51,191 nucleotides of DNA from Thiobacillus sp. (GTDB taxonomy: Bacteria > Pseudomonadota > Gammaproteobacteria > Burkholderiales > Thiobacillaceae), in the NCBI GenBank assembly GCA_027344185.1, contig DAHWJK010000038.1:1-51191 (forward strand), given 5' to 3'. Within the stretch, counting starts at the first letter, position 1. The number at the start of each line of letters is the position of its first letter. A model generated the notes under the pieces. It worked only from the letters and a program-made list of their open reading frames with translations. It was not told the DNA's origin and did no database searches. Shown piece after piece: positions 42,218-51,191 of the stretch. A program made the position numbers and the translations under genes.

Positions 42218-43366
42218 CTACAGGCGAACTTCGACTTCGCGCTTGCTGGACATGATCTCGATTGAGCGCTCGAGGTCGATTTGTGCGGAATTGGTGCTGG
42301 GCACGCTGCCCAGACGCTCGATGAGCTCCCCCTGTTCGAGAATCTCGCGGCTGCCGTCGGCGTGCTGCAGGTACGCTGCCCAGGGAACAAACTTGGTGAG
42401 CGGGAAGTTTTCGCCGGGATTGGGCGAAATGTCGATGTTGAGCCCGGCGATGAACACGAGGTTGCGTCCGGTCATCGCCGAAGACTGCACCAGACTGCGG
42501 AAGGTGCGGTCGAATTCGACCATGGTATTGGCGCACGCCGCAGTGAGCAGCGGGTGCCTCGACGTGAGAATCCACGGCATCGGGGCATGCAGGTTGTTTT
42601 CGAGCTGGTCCTGCAGCGGGTCCAGATAACCGCCCTTGTGGCGGAAATAAAAATCCTCCGCCGCCAGATGACTAGCGATAGCCACGCTGCCATGCTCCGG
42701 CCAGGTGTCGACGCCAAGCCGCGCGATGAGGTGGCTCGATGCAGCGAAGATGTGACCGGTACTGCGCGTCGACAGCGGCGGCGGCAGTTCCTCGCCGACT
42801 GCGCCTAGCACCAGGTTTTCGAAAATGAGGAACAGGCCCTGTGCACGCGGGCTCGCGATTAACTGATAGTCGACGAGCACGGCGAGCTGGCCTTCGTGGC
42901 GCAGCAGGCGGATGTTCTCGCAGGCGTAGTCGTATTCTGTCTTGTACCACTCGATGATGCGGCCGATCTTGCCGCAGCTGCAGCTCAGGTGCTCGTGTTC
43001 CGACTGCAGGCGGCGGTAGACGCCGAATTCGCCACTGTCCGGGTCATAGCCGACATGGCTGGCTTGCAGCAGCAGCAGATCCTTGCCGTGATCGGCGTGC
43101 GGCCCGTGGCGGTCGATCGATACGATGCCGCCGACGCGGCCATGGTTGAACGGAAACGCGCCGAACTGCTTGGTGATGAGAATGATCGGGAAACCCTGGC
43201 TCTCGTCCGAGCAGAACGCTCGCGACGGCATGATCTTGCCCGGGGTGAAGCCCAGCGACAGACACCAGTTGTAGAGTTTGGGAACGAAGCTGTTGTAGCA
43301 CAGCATGCGGTCGTCGAGGCGGAAGCTGTGTAGGGCGCTGGAAATGCTGGCGCGATGGGAGAACAT
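42218..43366 (-). CDS. LCIB/theta-class carbonic anhydrase-like protein
   Basis: GFTP...FCSDE, FG..PFN.G..GG, SHVGY...GEFG..RR, SCSCGK: Cys-His-Cys zinc ligands spaced as in LCIB. Confidence 0.7.
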   Translation of the reverse strand: MFSHRASISSALHSFRLDDRMLCYNSFVPKLYNWCLSLGFTPGKIMPSRAFCSDESQGFPIILITKQFGAFPFNHGRVGGIVSIDRHGPHADHGKDLLLLQASHVGYDPDSGEFGVYRRLQSEHEHLSCSCGKIGRIIEWYKTEYDYACENIRLLRHEGQLAVLVDYQLIASPRAQGLFLIFENLVLGAVGEELPPPLSTRSTGHIFAASSHLIARLGVDTWPEHGSVAIASHLAAEDFYFRHKGGYLDPLQDQLENNLHAPMPWILTSRHPLLTAACANTMVEFDRTFRSLVQSSAMTGRNLVFIAGLNIDISPNPGENFPLTKFVPWAAYLQHADGSREILEQGELIERLGSVPSTNSAQIDLERSIEIMSSKREVEVRL

Positions 43367-43471
43367 GGCAAAGGTGTGTCGGCAGGCTGGGCGAAAGGAC
43401 CGTATAATATCAATTGTTTCACTCCCTAGCGCGGGCCCTCGTCACCGTCGAGGCTTCCCCGCGGAAGTAAC

Positions 43472-44296
43472 ATGGAAATCAACTCCATCACCAAGAAGCT
43501 GTTGTTCAATACCATCCGGGTCGATACCGTGCTGGAGGACGGCAGCGAGGGGTCCGGCACCGCCTTCGTGGTAAGCCACACGCACCTGCGCGGCAGCAAT
43601 ACCTTCATCGTGACCAACCGCCATCTGGTCGACGGCGTGCGCCGCGGGGGCCTGGTGTTCACGCAGAAGCGCAACGGCCAGCCGGTGTTCGGCCAGCGCT
43701 TTCAGCTCAACATCGAAGATTTTCCGCACGCCTGGTTCACGCATCCCGATCCTGAAGTCGACCTTGCGATCATCCCGATGCGGCCGCTGGAGCAGGCGGC
43801 AAACGACCAGGGGATCGAACTCTATTACCACGCGATCGACAGCCGTCTCGCGCCCGACGCCGCGACCCAGCGAGGGTTCGACGCGTTGGAGGATGTGCTG
43901 TTCGTCGGCTACCCCAGCGGCGTGTGGGATCAGACCAACCTCATGCCCATCCTGCGCCGCGGCACCACCGCGACGCCGATGGCACTCGATTTCGAAGGGC
44001 GCAAGGAATTCCTCATCGATGCCGCGGTATATCCCGGTTCGAGCGGGAGTCCCGTGTTCGTCTACCAAACGGACGTGATGCGGCCGAGCCAGGGCGGCAG
44101 CAAGAAATTCCTGTTTGCCGGCGTGGTGGCTGCGGTGTTTTTCCGCGAGGAAGCGAACCACCTGGTACCGGCGCCGGTACCGGCCAACAACCACGGCCTG
44201 GTGATGGGTTCGGAAATGATCGATCTTGGCTTGGTGATCAAGGCGCAGGCGGTGGTCGACGTTATCAATGCCTACCTGGGCAAGTGGATCGACTGA
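43472..44296 (+). CDS. Trypsin-like serine protease
   Basis: VTNRH, VDLAII, PGSSGSPV catalytic triad. Confidence 0.85.
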   Translation: MEINSITKKLLFNTIRVDTVLEDGSEGSGTAFVVSHTHLRGSNTFIVTNRHLVDGVRRGGLVFTQKRNGQPVFGQRFQLNIEDFPHAWFTHPDPEVDLAIIPMRPLEQAANDQGIELYYHAIDSRLAPDAATQRGFDALEDVLFVGYPSGVWDQTNLMPILRRGTTATPMALDFEGRKEFLIDAAVYPGSSGSPVFVYQTDVMRPSQGGSKKFLFAGVVAAVFFREEANHLVPAPVPANNHGLVMGSEMIDLGLVIKAQAVVDVINAYLGKWID

Positions 44297-44312
44297 ACAA
44301 GAGGAACACACA

Positions 44313-44615
44313 ATGCAAGAGAAGATCACTTATCCTGGTTTAAGCCAGGACACCCATGGCATGACCGTTCTGGGACGGGTTGTCCTCGACGGCTGGCTTT
44401 TTGGCCTCATTCCGGAAACCGAGGAGTGTGCCGGCTGGGATCTCCAGCGCATGCAGAAGCTGATGGCCCAGATCGAGCAGATCTGGGACCAGTACGGCAA
44501 CCTGCCGAGCCGTCTGCCGCCCGAACTGCGCGAGCGCCACGCTAAGCTCTACGACCTGGCGACTGAGCGCGCCAAAACACGCGGCTGGGATCCCGAGCTC
44601 GGCGAAGACGAATGA
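44313..44615 (+). CDS. Hypothetical protein
   Basis: GAGG RBS, coding-like composition; WLFGLIPE, YGNLPS.LPPELRERH, GWDPEL. Confidence 0.7.
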   Translation: MQEKITYPGLSQDTHGMTVLGRVVLDGWLFGLIPETEECAGWDLQRMQKLMAQIEQIWDQYGNLPSRLPPELRERHAKLYDLATERAKTRGWDPELGEDE

Positions 44616-44618
44616 ATA

Positions 44619-44648
44619 TGGCACGCGCCGCCTTGAGGTGGCGCGTGT
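44619..44648. terminator. Hairpin after the hypothetical gene
   Basis: GCACGCGCCGCC-ttga-GGTGGCGCGTGT; weak U tract. Confidence 0.45.
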
Positions 44649-44821
44649 TCAATCCGTCTTCAGGTCTTGGCGCTCGGCCAGTGCCTGCGGGGTCATGTCC
44701 TTGCTCGGGAAGAAATCTTCAACAACCGCCAACACGGTCCGCTGCAGGCAGCGAGAAAACCTTCAGCGTTTCAGAGTGATGCTTGATCGGCCCTGCACGT
44801 CAGACTTCATTCCAATACAGG

Positions 44822-45208
44822 GATGAACTGATGTCTTGAGCTCGCGAGACAGTTCTGATCGCCGTTCGACTTGCTGCCGAGTCTGGAGCGAATGCGTTCT
44901 GCGTTGCGCGTACGCGAATCGGAAGCAATTTCGCCATCGAGCAGGCGGTCGCAACCGGCGTCGGTGTCTCGATCGTATCGCGCACCATGCTCAACGGCCT
45001 GCATCTCGGTGACGAAATCTGCGTGCTGAACGTGGAAGGACTCCCGCTGCGTGGACACTGGTACCTGGTCTACCAGAAGACGAAAGCCGAACTGCCGGTG
45101 GTGCCGCGTTTCCGCGAGTTTCTTCGCGAGTTTCTCCATGACGCGCCTGCCCAAGCCGCCCCTCCCGCCCCTCGGGCCCGTCGAGCACCCGTGCTGGCAA
45201 ACGTTTGA
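44822..45208 (+). pseudogene. 3' remnant of a CbbR-like LysR regulator
   Basis: RIGSNFAIEQAVATGVGVSIVS...VLNVEGLPLRGHWYLV aligns with the CbbR C-terminus; no HTH; upstream stop. Confidence 0.7.
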
Positions 45209-45239
45209 AGGACTTGGCGTGACAACCGGTGATTTATCC

Positions 45240-45730
45240 AGTGAGGCACACCTCGCCGACGGAGGGCGGATTGCCTTGCCGACACTCCATGTCAAGGAGC
45301 GCGTGCTCGCCACGGTGCTTGAGCCGGGACTGGGCGGTGTCCTGCAGCGGATTGACGACTTCGATACGGATACGCTCGGCAGCTTCACACGGGAGACTCC
45401 ACGAGCCGGCACGCAAATCGAGGCGGCTAGGAAGAAGCCGCGCATCGGCATGGCGCGTACCGACCTCAGGCGCGGGCTTGGCAGCAAAGGCGCGTTTGGC
45501 GCAGACCCCTTCGCCGGGCTGATCCCCTGAAATGTCGAAATCGTTGTGCTGATCGACGATATGATCGGTGTCGAGCTCGTGGGCATAGCGCAGGGGCCGG
45601 CCGTGCATGCCCACCAAACAGTGAGCGACTGGCCGACTGCCGCGGCCTTCGCGCGCGAGGCGCACTTCTCCGAGCATCATCTGGTGGTGCGTGCCGATGA
45701 TCAGCACGACCCGGCCTACGAGAAGGCGGC
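45240..45730 (+). pseudogene. Degraded DUF6671-like gene
   Basis: HVKERVL..VLEPGLG, DTDTLGSFTRE, EAARKK, GAFGADPF, IP*NVE (TGA 45528-45530), HHLVVR; truncated. Confidence 0.55.
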
Positions 45731-45961
45731 CTGCCCTGCAGCGCGTGCGGCGCGCCAACGCGAGAGATGCTCGCCTAAGTATTTAAATGTCCGAAATGTG
45801 CGCACACCGAGCGCCGCGTACGAACGGACCTGACGCATGCCGACCCCGGCCGTTGCGACCTCTGCAACCCCTGAGTGCACGTGAGTCTGATCCAGTGCGT
45901 GTCAAAAGCGTCCTGAATGCGAAATAATGCATGCTCGATTTTTCTTTCCCCCACGTCCAGT

Positions 45962-46324
45962 ATGACCTCGCATCCCGCTCCTGCCCCGATCTTCGATACC
46001 TACCTCGAGCACTTCGACCGGGACGTCATCGAAGCCTCGCACATGCTGCCGATGCTGGTCGATTTCTGGGCAGACTGGTGTCCGCCCTGCCGTGCGCTGA
46101 CGCCGGTGCTGTAACGCGTGGTTGCGCACCACGCCGGGAAAATCCGCATGGCCAAGGTCGAGGTCGACGAGGGCGACAATATGAAGCTTGCCGGTCGCTA
46201 CAGCCTGCGCGGCTTTCCCACCGTGCTGCTGTTCGTCAAGGGCGAGATCGTCGGCCGCTTTGCGAGCGCCAAGCCGGAACACTGGGTGCGCGAGTTCATT
46301 GCCGAGCACACCGATATTGAGTAA
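45962..46324 (+). pseudogene. Thioredoxin interrupted by an in-frame TAA
   Basis: [11 protein letters not shown]...PVL*RVV...GFPTVLLF; both halves in one frame, TAA at 46112-46114. Confidence 0.85.
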
Positions 46325-46820
46325 GCCTGTGTGGGTGATCGATACCAACGTGGTACTCGATCTGCTGCATTTCGGCGATCCGGCCGCGGCGCCGATTCTG
46401 CGGGCGCTGGAAGACGGCCGCATCGAATGCCGGGTGACGCCGGCGACGCTCCAGGAGCTGCGCCGGGTGCTGGTCTACCCGCAACTGCGTCTCGCGGCCG
46501 AGGTGCAGGCGAAAATCTGGGCGCGCTATCGCGAGCTCGCGCATTGCGTGAACGCGCCGTCGCCGAGTTCCCTGCCGCGTTGCCGCGATGCCGACGACCA
46601 GAAATTCCTCGAACTCGCCGACGCCGAAGGCGCGAGCGTGCTCGTCAGCAAGGATCGCGCGCTGTTGCGGCTCGCTCGCCGCCGCCTGCGCTTCCGCATA
46701 CTCGATCCTCTCCAGGCGGCGTCCGGGCTGGCGACGGTCGATGCGATGCTTAGCCCTGCGCTTGAAGTGCATTCGGTGACAAAACCCTTATGCTCGCCGT
46801 CATCGCGCTGGCGACGCTGA
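46317..46820 (+). CDS. PIN-domain protein (putative toxin family)
   Basis: IDTNVVLD, CRDADDQKFLELA, LVSKD; start uncertain. Confidence 0.75.
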   Translation: MSKPVWVIDTNVVLDLLHFGDPAAAPILRALEDGRIECRVTPATLQELRRVLVYPQLRLAAEVQAKIWARYRELAHCVNAPSPSSLPRCRDADDQKFLELADAEGASVLVSKDRALLRLARRRLRFRILDPLQAASGLATVDAMLSPALEVHSVTKPLCSPSSRWRR

Positions 46821-47040
46821 TCGAGGACACCATCGAAGTGGAGGTGATGATCGCCAAGGGCACGGTGATGCTGGCCGATCTGCTGCTGCTTTTCTTCTAT
46901 CTCGAAATTTTCGCCATAGTCGGCGTGTACTTCTGTTCCGGTCAGTTGCCGGGCGGCGGTAGTGCTGCTGATCCGCTGCGGCCCCGTGCGTTACCCCTAC
47001 GGCGAACTGCCGCAAAGCGCGGACGTCCGCGAGCCGCCCT
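46790..47040 (+). pseudogene. PsiE-family remnant with internal deletion/frameshift
   Basis: LADLLLLFFYLE...VYFCSGQLP, then C-terminal AVVLLIRCG..RYPY in another frame. Confidence 0.6.
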
Positions 47041-47945
47041 CAGCTCGCTGAACGCCGGAACAGTTGCAGGCGCGCCGCCTCGCTGATCGCGACCACGGCC
47101 GGATGGCGCAGCCGCCGCTCCACCGAAATCGCGAAAAAGCGCTCCCGCACCTCCTGCGTCTCGCCCACCTGCTTCATTCCCGGCGGCAGCGCCGCCGCCA
47201 CTTCGCGCGTCATCGGCACAGGGAACACACCGGCGCCGGCGCTGCCAAATGCATACATCAGTGCGCTGTCGTCGAATTCGCCAACGATGGCAGGAACCAC
47301 GTCCTGGCGTTCGAGCCAGCGCAGCAGCGGCGCGCGGAGGGCGCTTTCTTCCCCCGGCAGCAGCAGCGGCACCTCATGCAGGCAGCGTGGAAAAGGCCCC
47401 TTGATGCGGGCGGCCAGCGCGGCGGCGGCGAAGAACCCGACGCCGCACTCGCCGAGCGGGTGGCTGTAACCCTTGACGTCCATGTTCGCCGGCAGCGGCC
47501 GATCGGCCAGCACCATGTCGAGACGGTGGATCGCGAGATCGGCGACCAGCCGTTCCAGACGGTTCTCGGTGCACACCAGCCGCGCCGGCTCGTCGAGCGA
47601 GAGTCCGGGCGCGAGCAGCTGGTGCGCGATGCTCTTCGGCACGGCATCGGCGACGCCGACGCGGAACGGTACCAGGCGTGCGCCGGTGCGGTTGAGCAGG
47701 GCGTCTTCCAGTTCGGCGCTGACCTGAAAGATCTCCTCGGCGTAGGAAAGCGCAAGCTGCCCGGCATCGGTCAATTCCATCCGTTTGCCGCTGCGGCGAA
47801 ACAGCGGGGTGCCGAGGCGCTGTTCGAAGGCCGTGATCTGTCCGGACAGGGTCTGCGGCGTGAGATGCAGCTTCTCCGCAGCACGATTCACCGCGCCGGC
47901 CTTGGCGACCGCGTGAAAGTAGTAGAGGTGCTTGAAATTGAGCAT
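47040..47945 (-). CDS. nhaR: LysR transcriptional activator NhaR
   Basis: LNFKHLYYF, TPQTLSGQI, GVADAVPKS, GEFDDSALM, ERRLRHP. Confidence 0.9.
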   Translation of the reverse strand: MLNFKHLYYFHAVAKAGAVNRAAEKLHLTPQTLSGQITAFEQRLGTPLFRRSGKRMELTDAGQLALSYAEEIFQVSAELEDALLNRTGARLVPFRVGVADAVPKSIAHQLLAPGLSLDEPARLVCTENRLERLVADLAIHRLDMVLADRPLPANMDVKGYSHPLGECGVGFFAAAALAARIKGPFPRCLHEVPLLLPGEESALRAPLLRWLERQDVVPAIVGEFDDSALMYAFGSAGAGVFPVPMTREVAAALPPGMKQVGETQEVRERFFAISVERRLRHPAVVAISEAARLQLFRRSAS

Positions 47946-47956
47946 GACCGCCTTAT

Positions 47957-47995
47957 ATTCGAAAAACTCGAATCATATTCGCATAAAAATCGAAT
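47957..47995. promoter_or_regulatory. Tandem LysR (NhaR) binding boxes
   Basis: ATTCGA-N5-TCGAAT and ATTCG-N9-CGAAT in the divergent intergenic region. Confidence 0.6.
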
Positions 47996-48065
47996 TTCTG
48001 CGGGATCGATTCGAGCGTATCCTGTGTCTGTCGTGTCCTAATCCCTCGATGAGGAGAACCCTTCC

Positions 48066-48941
48066 ATGAAACGCATCGTATTATTCCTGGCCACCAACCT
48101 GGCCATCGTGCTGGTGCTGTCGCTCACCATGCGCATTCTGGGCGTCGAGCCCTATCTCACCGCGCAGGGACTGAATCTCACCTCGCTGCTGATTTTTGCC
48201 GCGGTGATGGGCTTTGGCGGTTCGCTGATTTCGCTGGCGATCTCGAAGTGGATGGCGAAGAAGTCGATGGGCGTGCAGGTAATCGAGACGCCGTCGAACT
48301 CGACCGAGTTCTGGCTGGTCGAAACGGTGAGGAAATATGCCGCCGACGCCGGCATCGGCATGCCCGAAGTCGGGATTTTCCCTTCGCCCGAGGTCAACGC
48401 CTTCGCCACCGGCATGAACAAGAACAACGCGCTGGTTGCGGTGTCGGCCGGCCTCTTGCAAACCATGACGCGCGAGGAGGCCGAGGCGGTGATCGGCCAT
48501 GAAATCGCCCACGTCGCCAACGGCGACATGGTCACGTTGGCGCTGATCCAGGGCGTGGTCAACACCTTCGTCATGTTCCTGTCGCGCGTCATCGGCCATA
48601 CCGTCGACCGCGTCGTGTTCAAGAACGAGAACGGCCACGGCCCGGCGTATTTCGTCACCATGATCGTCGCCGAACTGGTGCTTGGCATCCTCGCCTCGAT
48701 CATCGTCATGTGGTTCTCGCGCCAGCGCGAATTCCGCGCCGACCGCGGCGGCGCCTCGCTCGCCGGCAAGGGCGCGATGATCGCCGCGCTGGAGCGTCTG
48801 GCGAGCCTGCACCCGCACCCGCTGCCCGACAAGATGGCGGCGTTCGGCATCGCCGGCGGCGGCGCCAGCGGCTTGAAGCGTCTGTTCATGACGCACCCGC
48901 CGCTGGAAGAGCGCATCGCCGCCCTGCGCGCGGTGCAGTAA
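48066..48941 (+). CDS. htpX: Membrane zinc protease HtpX
   Basis: [30 protein letters not shown]. Confidence 0.95.
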   Translation: MKRIVLFLATNLAIVLVLSLTMRILGVEPYLTAQGLNLTSLLIFAAVMGFGGSLISLAISKWMAKKSMGVQVIETPSNSTEFWLVETVRKYAADAGIGMPEVGIFPSPEVNAFATGMNKNNALVAVSAGLLQTMTREEAEAVIGHEIAHVANGDMVTLALIQGVVNTFVMFLSRVIGHTVDRVVFKNENGHGPAYFVTMIVAELVLGILASIIVMWFSRQREFRADRGGASLAGKGAMIAALERLASLHPHPLPDKMAAFGIAGGGASGLKRLFMTHPPLEERIAALRAVQ

Positions 48942-48965
48942 ACGTCAGCCCAGCCGAGGATGAAT

Positions 48966-49946
48966 ATGGAAACCGCACTGAATATCGGCGAACCCTGGAT
49001 GTGGGCGACGTTCGTCGGTTTCGTGCTGGTGATGCTGGCCGTCGACCTTTTCCTGGTCGGCGGCAACAAGGCGCACAAGGTCGGCTTCAGGGAAGCGGCC
49101 GCGTGGTCGTTCGTGTGGTTCGCGCTCGCCATGCTGTTCAACCTCGGCCTGTGGTGGTATCTCAATGGGACGTACGGTAGCGAGGTGGCCGACGTCAAGG
49201 CGATGGAGTTCCTGACCGGCTACCTGATCGAGAAATCGCTCGCGGTCGACAACATCTTCGTCTTCCTGATGATCTTCACCTTCTTCGTCGTGCCGGCGGA
49301 GTACCAGCGGCGCGTGCTGATCTACGGCGTGATCGGCGCGATCGTCATGCGCGCGATCATGATCCTGGCCGGAGCCTGGCTGGTGAAGGAATTTCACTGG
49401 ATCCTCTACCTGTTCGGCGCCTTCCTCGTCATCACCGGCATCAAGATGCTGATGTTCGCCGAGGCCGAGTCGGACTTGTCGAAAAATCCGCTGCTCAACT
49501 GGATCAAGCGTCATATCCGGATGACGCCGGACTATCGCGGGGAAAAGTTCTGGGTCGTCGAGAACGGCGCGCGAGTATTCACGCCGCTGTTCCTCGTGCT
49601 GATCATGATCGAAATCTCGGACCTGATTTTCGCGGTCGACTCGATCCCCGCGATCTTCGCGATCACCACCGACCCCTTCATCGTGTTCACCTCGAACATC
49701 TTCGCCATCCTCGGCCTGCGGGCGATGTATTTCATGCTGGCCGGCATGGCCGACCGCTTCCACCTGCTGAAGTACGGCCTGGCGATGGTGCTGGTGTTCG
49801 TCGGCGCCAAAATGCTGATCGTCGACTTCTACAAGATCCCGGTGGGCCTGTCGCTGGGTATCGTCGGCCTCATCATCGCCACCTTCATGTTCGCCAGCCT
49901 GTGGGTCACGCGCAAGCCGGCAGGCGGCACGCCGTCGCAGGAGTGA
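48966..49946 (+). CDS. TerC/Alx family membrane protein
   Basis: GYLIEKSLAVDN, DLIFAVDSIPA, SNIFAILGLR. Confidence 0.92.
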   Translation: METALNIGEPWMWATFVGFVLVMLAVDLFLVGGNKAHKVGFREAAAWSFVWFALAMLFNLGLWWYLNGTYGSEVADVKAMEFLTGYLIEKSLAVDNIFVFLMIFTFFVVPAEYQRRVLIYGVIGAIVMRAIMILAGAWLVKEFHWILYLFGAFLVITGIKMLMFAEAESDLSKNPLLNWIKRHIRMTPDYRGEKFWVVENGARVFTPLFLVLIMIEISDLIFAVDSIPAIFAITTDPFIVFTSNIFAILGLRAMYFMLAGMADRFHLLKYGLAMVLVFVGAKMLIVDFYKIPVGLSLGIVGLIIATFMFASLWVTRKPAGGTPSQE

Positions 49947-49950
49947 GTCA

Positions 49951-50661
49951 ATGAGCGACACCGCTGGCCAGACCGGGCGATCCGGCAACTCCCTGATCGA
50001 GCTCGCCTTCACCATCGTCGCGCCCGCGCTGATCCTGATGAAATTCAGCGGCGATGACGCGCTCGGCACGGTGAACGCGCTGCTCGTCGCGCTCGCCTTT
50101 CCCCTCGGCTGGGGTGCGCTGGAATGGGTGCGTCGCGGCAAGCCGGGCTGGCTCGCGGCGCTGGGGCTGGTCAGCGTGCTGCTCACCGGCGGCATCGGCC
50201 TGCTGGCGCTCGACCCGCAGTGGCTGGCAATCAAGGAAGCAGCGGTGCCCGGCGCGATCGGGCTGGCCGTGCTGGTCTCGGCGCGTACCCGCTACCCGCT
50301 GGTGCGCACGTTGCTCTATAACCCGACGCTGGTCGACGTCACGCGCGTGCAGCAGCAGCTGGACGAACGCGGCACCGCCGACGTGTTCGAGCAGCGCCTG
50401 CTGCTGGCCAACTCGCTGCTGGCGAGCACGTTTTTCTTTTCGTCCGCGATGAATTACGCGCTGGCGACCTGGATCGTCACCAGTCCTGCGGGCAGTGCGG
50501 CGTTCAACGAGGAGCTGGGGCGGCTGACGCTGTTGAGTTATCCGATGATCGCCTTGCCGTCGATGCTGATGATGATGGCGGTGCTGATCTTCCTGGCACG
50601 GACGGTGCACAGCCTCACCGGCCTCAAGTTCGCCGAGATGCTGCACGCCGCGCGTCAGTAA
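49951..50661 (+). CDS. VC0807-like membrane protein
   Basis: LTGGIGLL, WLAIKEAAVP, FNEELGRL..LSYPMIALP. Confidence 0.7.
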   Translation: MSDTAGQTGRSGNSLIELAFTIVAPALILMKFSGDDALGTVNALLVALAFPLGWGALEWVRRGKPGWLAALGLVSVLLTGGIGLLALDPQWLAIKEAAVPGAIGLAVLVSARTRYPLVRTLLYNPTLVDVTRVQQQLDERGTADVFEQRLLLANSLLASTFFFSSAMNYALATWIVTSPAGSAAFNEELGRLTLLSYPMIALPSMLMMMAVLIFLARTVHSLTGLKFAEMLHAARQ

Positions 50662-50716
50662 GCGCGGCCGACTGGGGGATAATGGGCGGATTTCGCCGCT
50701 TCCGTCGCGACTCCCT

Positions 50717-51191
50717 ATGGACCTGACCCCCGCCCTGCTGCAGCTCGCCACCCAGGCGCTCGACCTGGTGCTGGATTTCAAGCGTCCGGCCGATGCCGTG
50801 CTGACTGCATTTTTTCGCGAACACAAGAAGCTCGGCGCGCGCGATCGCGCCTTCGTGGCCGAGGCCGTGTTCGGCGTGCTGCGGCGCTACCGCTATCTGT
50901 CGGTGGTGGTGCCGGCGGCCAATCCGCGCACCCTGATCATCGCGTGGCTGATCAAGTCGCGCGGCATGAGCGGCGCGACACTGGAACAGTTTGCGCGGCC
51001 CGAACTGATCGACCACATCCGCAATGCCCAAACCGGCGACCTGTCGCTGGCGGTGGCGGCCGAAGTGCCCGACTGGGTGCTCGAAAAGCTGCAGCAGTCG
51101 ATGAACGACGCCAACATCCTCGCGCTCGGCCGCGCGCTGCAGCAGCCGGCGCCGCTCGACGTGCGGGTGAACGCGCACAAGGCCGGTCGTG
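50717..51191 (+). CDS. RsmB/NOP family RNA methyltransferase, 5' part
   Basis: PADAVL..FFR..KKLGARDR, PDW, PAPLDVRVN; runs off the window. Confidence 0.85.
   Translation, partial: MDLTPALLQLATQALDLVLDFKRPADAVLTAFFREHKKLGARDRAFVAEAVFGVLRRYRYLSVVVPAANPRTLIIAWLIKSRGMSGATLEQFARPELIDHIRNAQTGDLSLAVAAEVPDWVLEKLQQSMNDANILALGRALQQPAPLDVRVNAHKAGR

Noticed and set aside
44649-44760. Possible minus-strand gene tail (EDFFPSKDMTPQALAERQDLKTD*)
   Set aside because: Cannot be assigned to any family by eye
46112-46114. Selenocysteine/pyrrolysine recoding in thioredoxin
   Set aside because: The codon is TAA and lies outside the active site
43472-48941. Resemblance to the transmissible heat-resistance locus (trx, psiE, htpX, protease)
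   Set aside because: No clpG, small HSP or kefB genes, and gene order differs

Overview
High-GC chromosomal window from a Thiobacillus-like chemolithoautotrophic betaproteobacterium (inferred from gene content). Left: rpfG-like regulator, YeeE sulfur transporter, purC/purM/purN/purK/purE, tusE-like gene, and chrA with rhodanese. Then a four-gene glucosylglycerol synthesis/recycling operon. Centre: a complete alpha-carboxysome superlocus (sbtAB, cbbR, cbbLS, csoS2, csoSCA, csoS4AB, three csoS1, bfr-like, acRAF, mcdAB, cbbQO, csoS1D, SulP), followed by a second SulP, a CopG regulator and a protein that aligns by eye with algal LCIB/theta-class carbonic anhydrases. Right: a pseudogene-rich tract, nhaR-htpX-terC and a partial rsmB. 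Best leads: the LCIB/theta-CA module beside the carboxysome locus, a pseudoknotted leader RNA upstream of chrA, an in-frame AI-2E transporter-PurC fusion, the csoS2 -1 frameshift signal, and heptamer-repeat hairpins between cbbL/cbbS and cbbQ/cbbO. All assignments are motif recognition by eye; no database searches were run.
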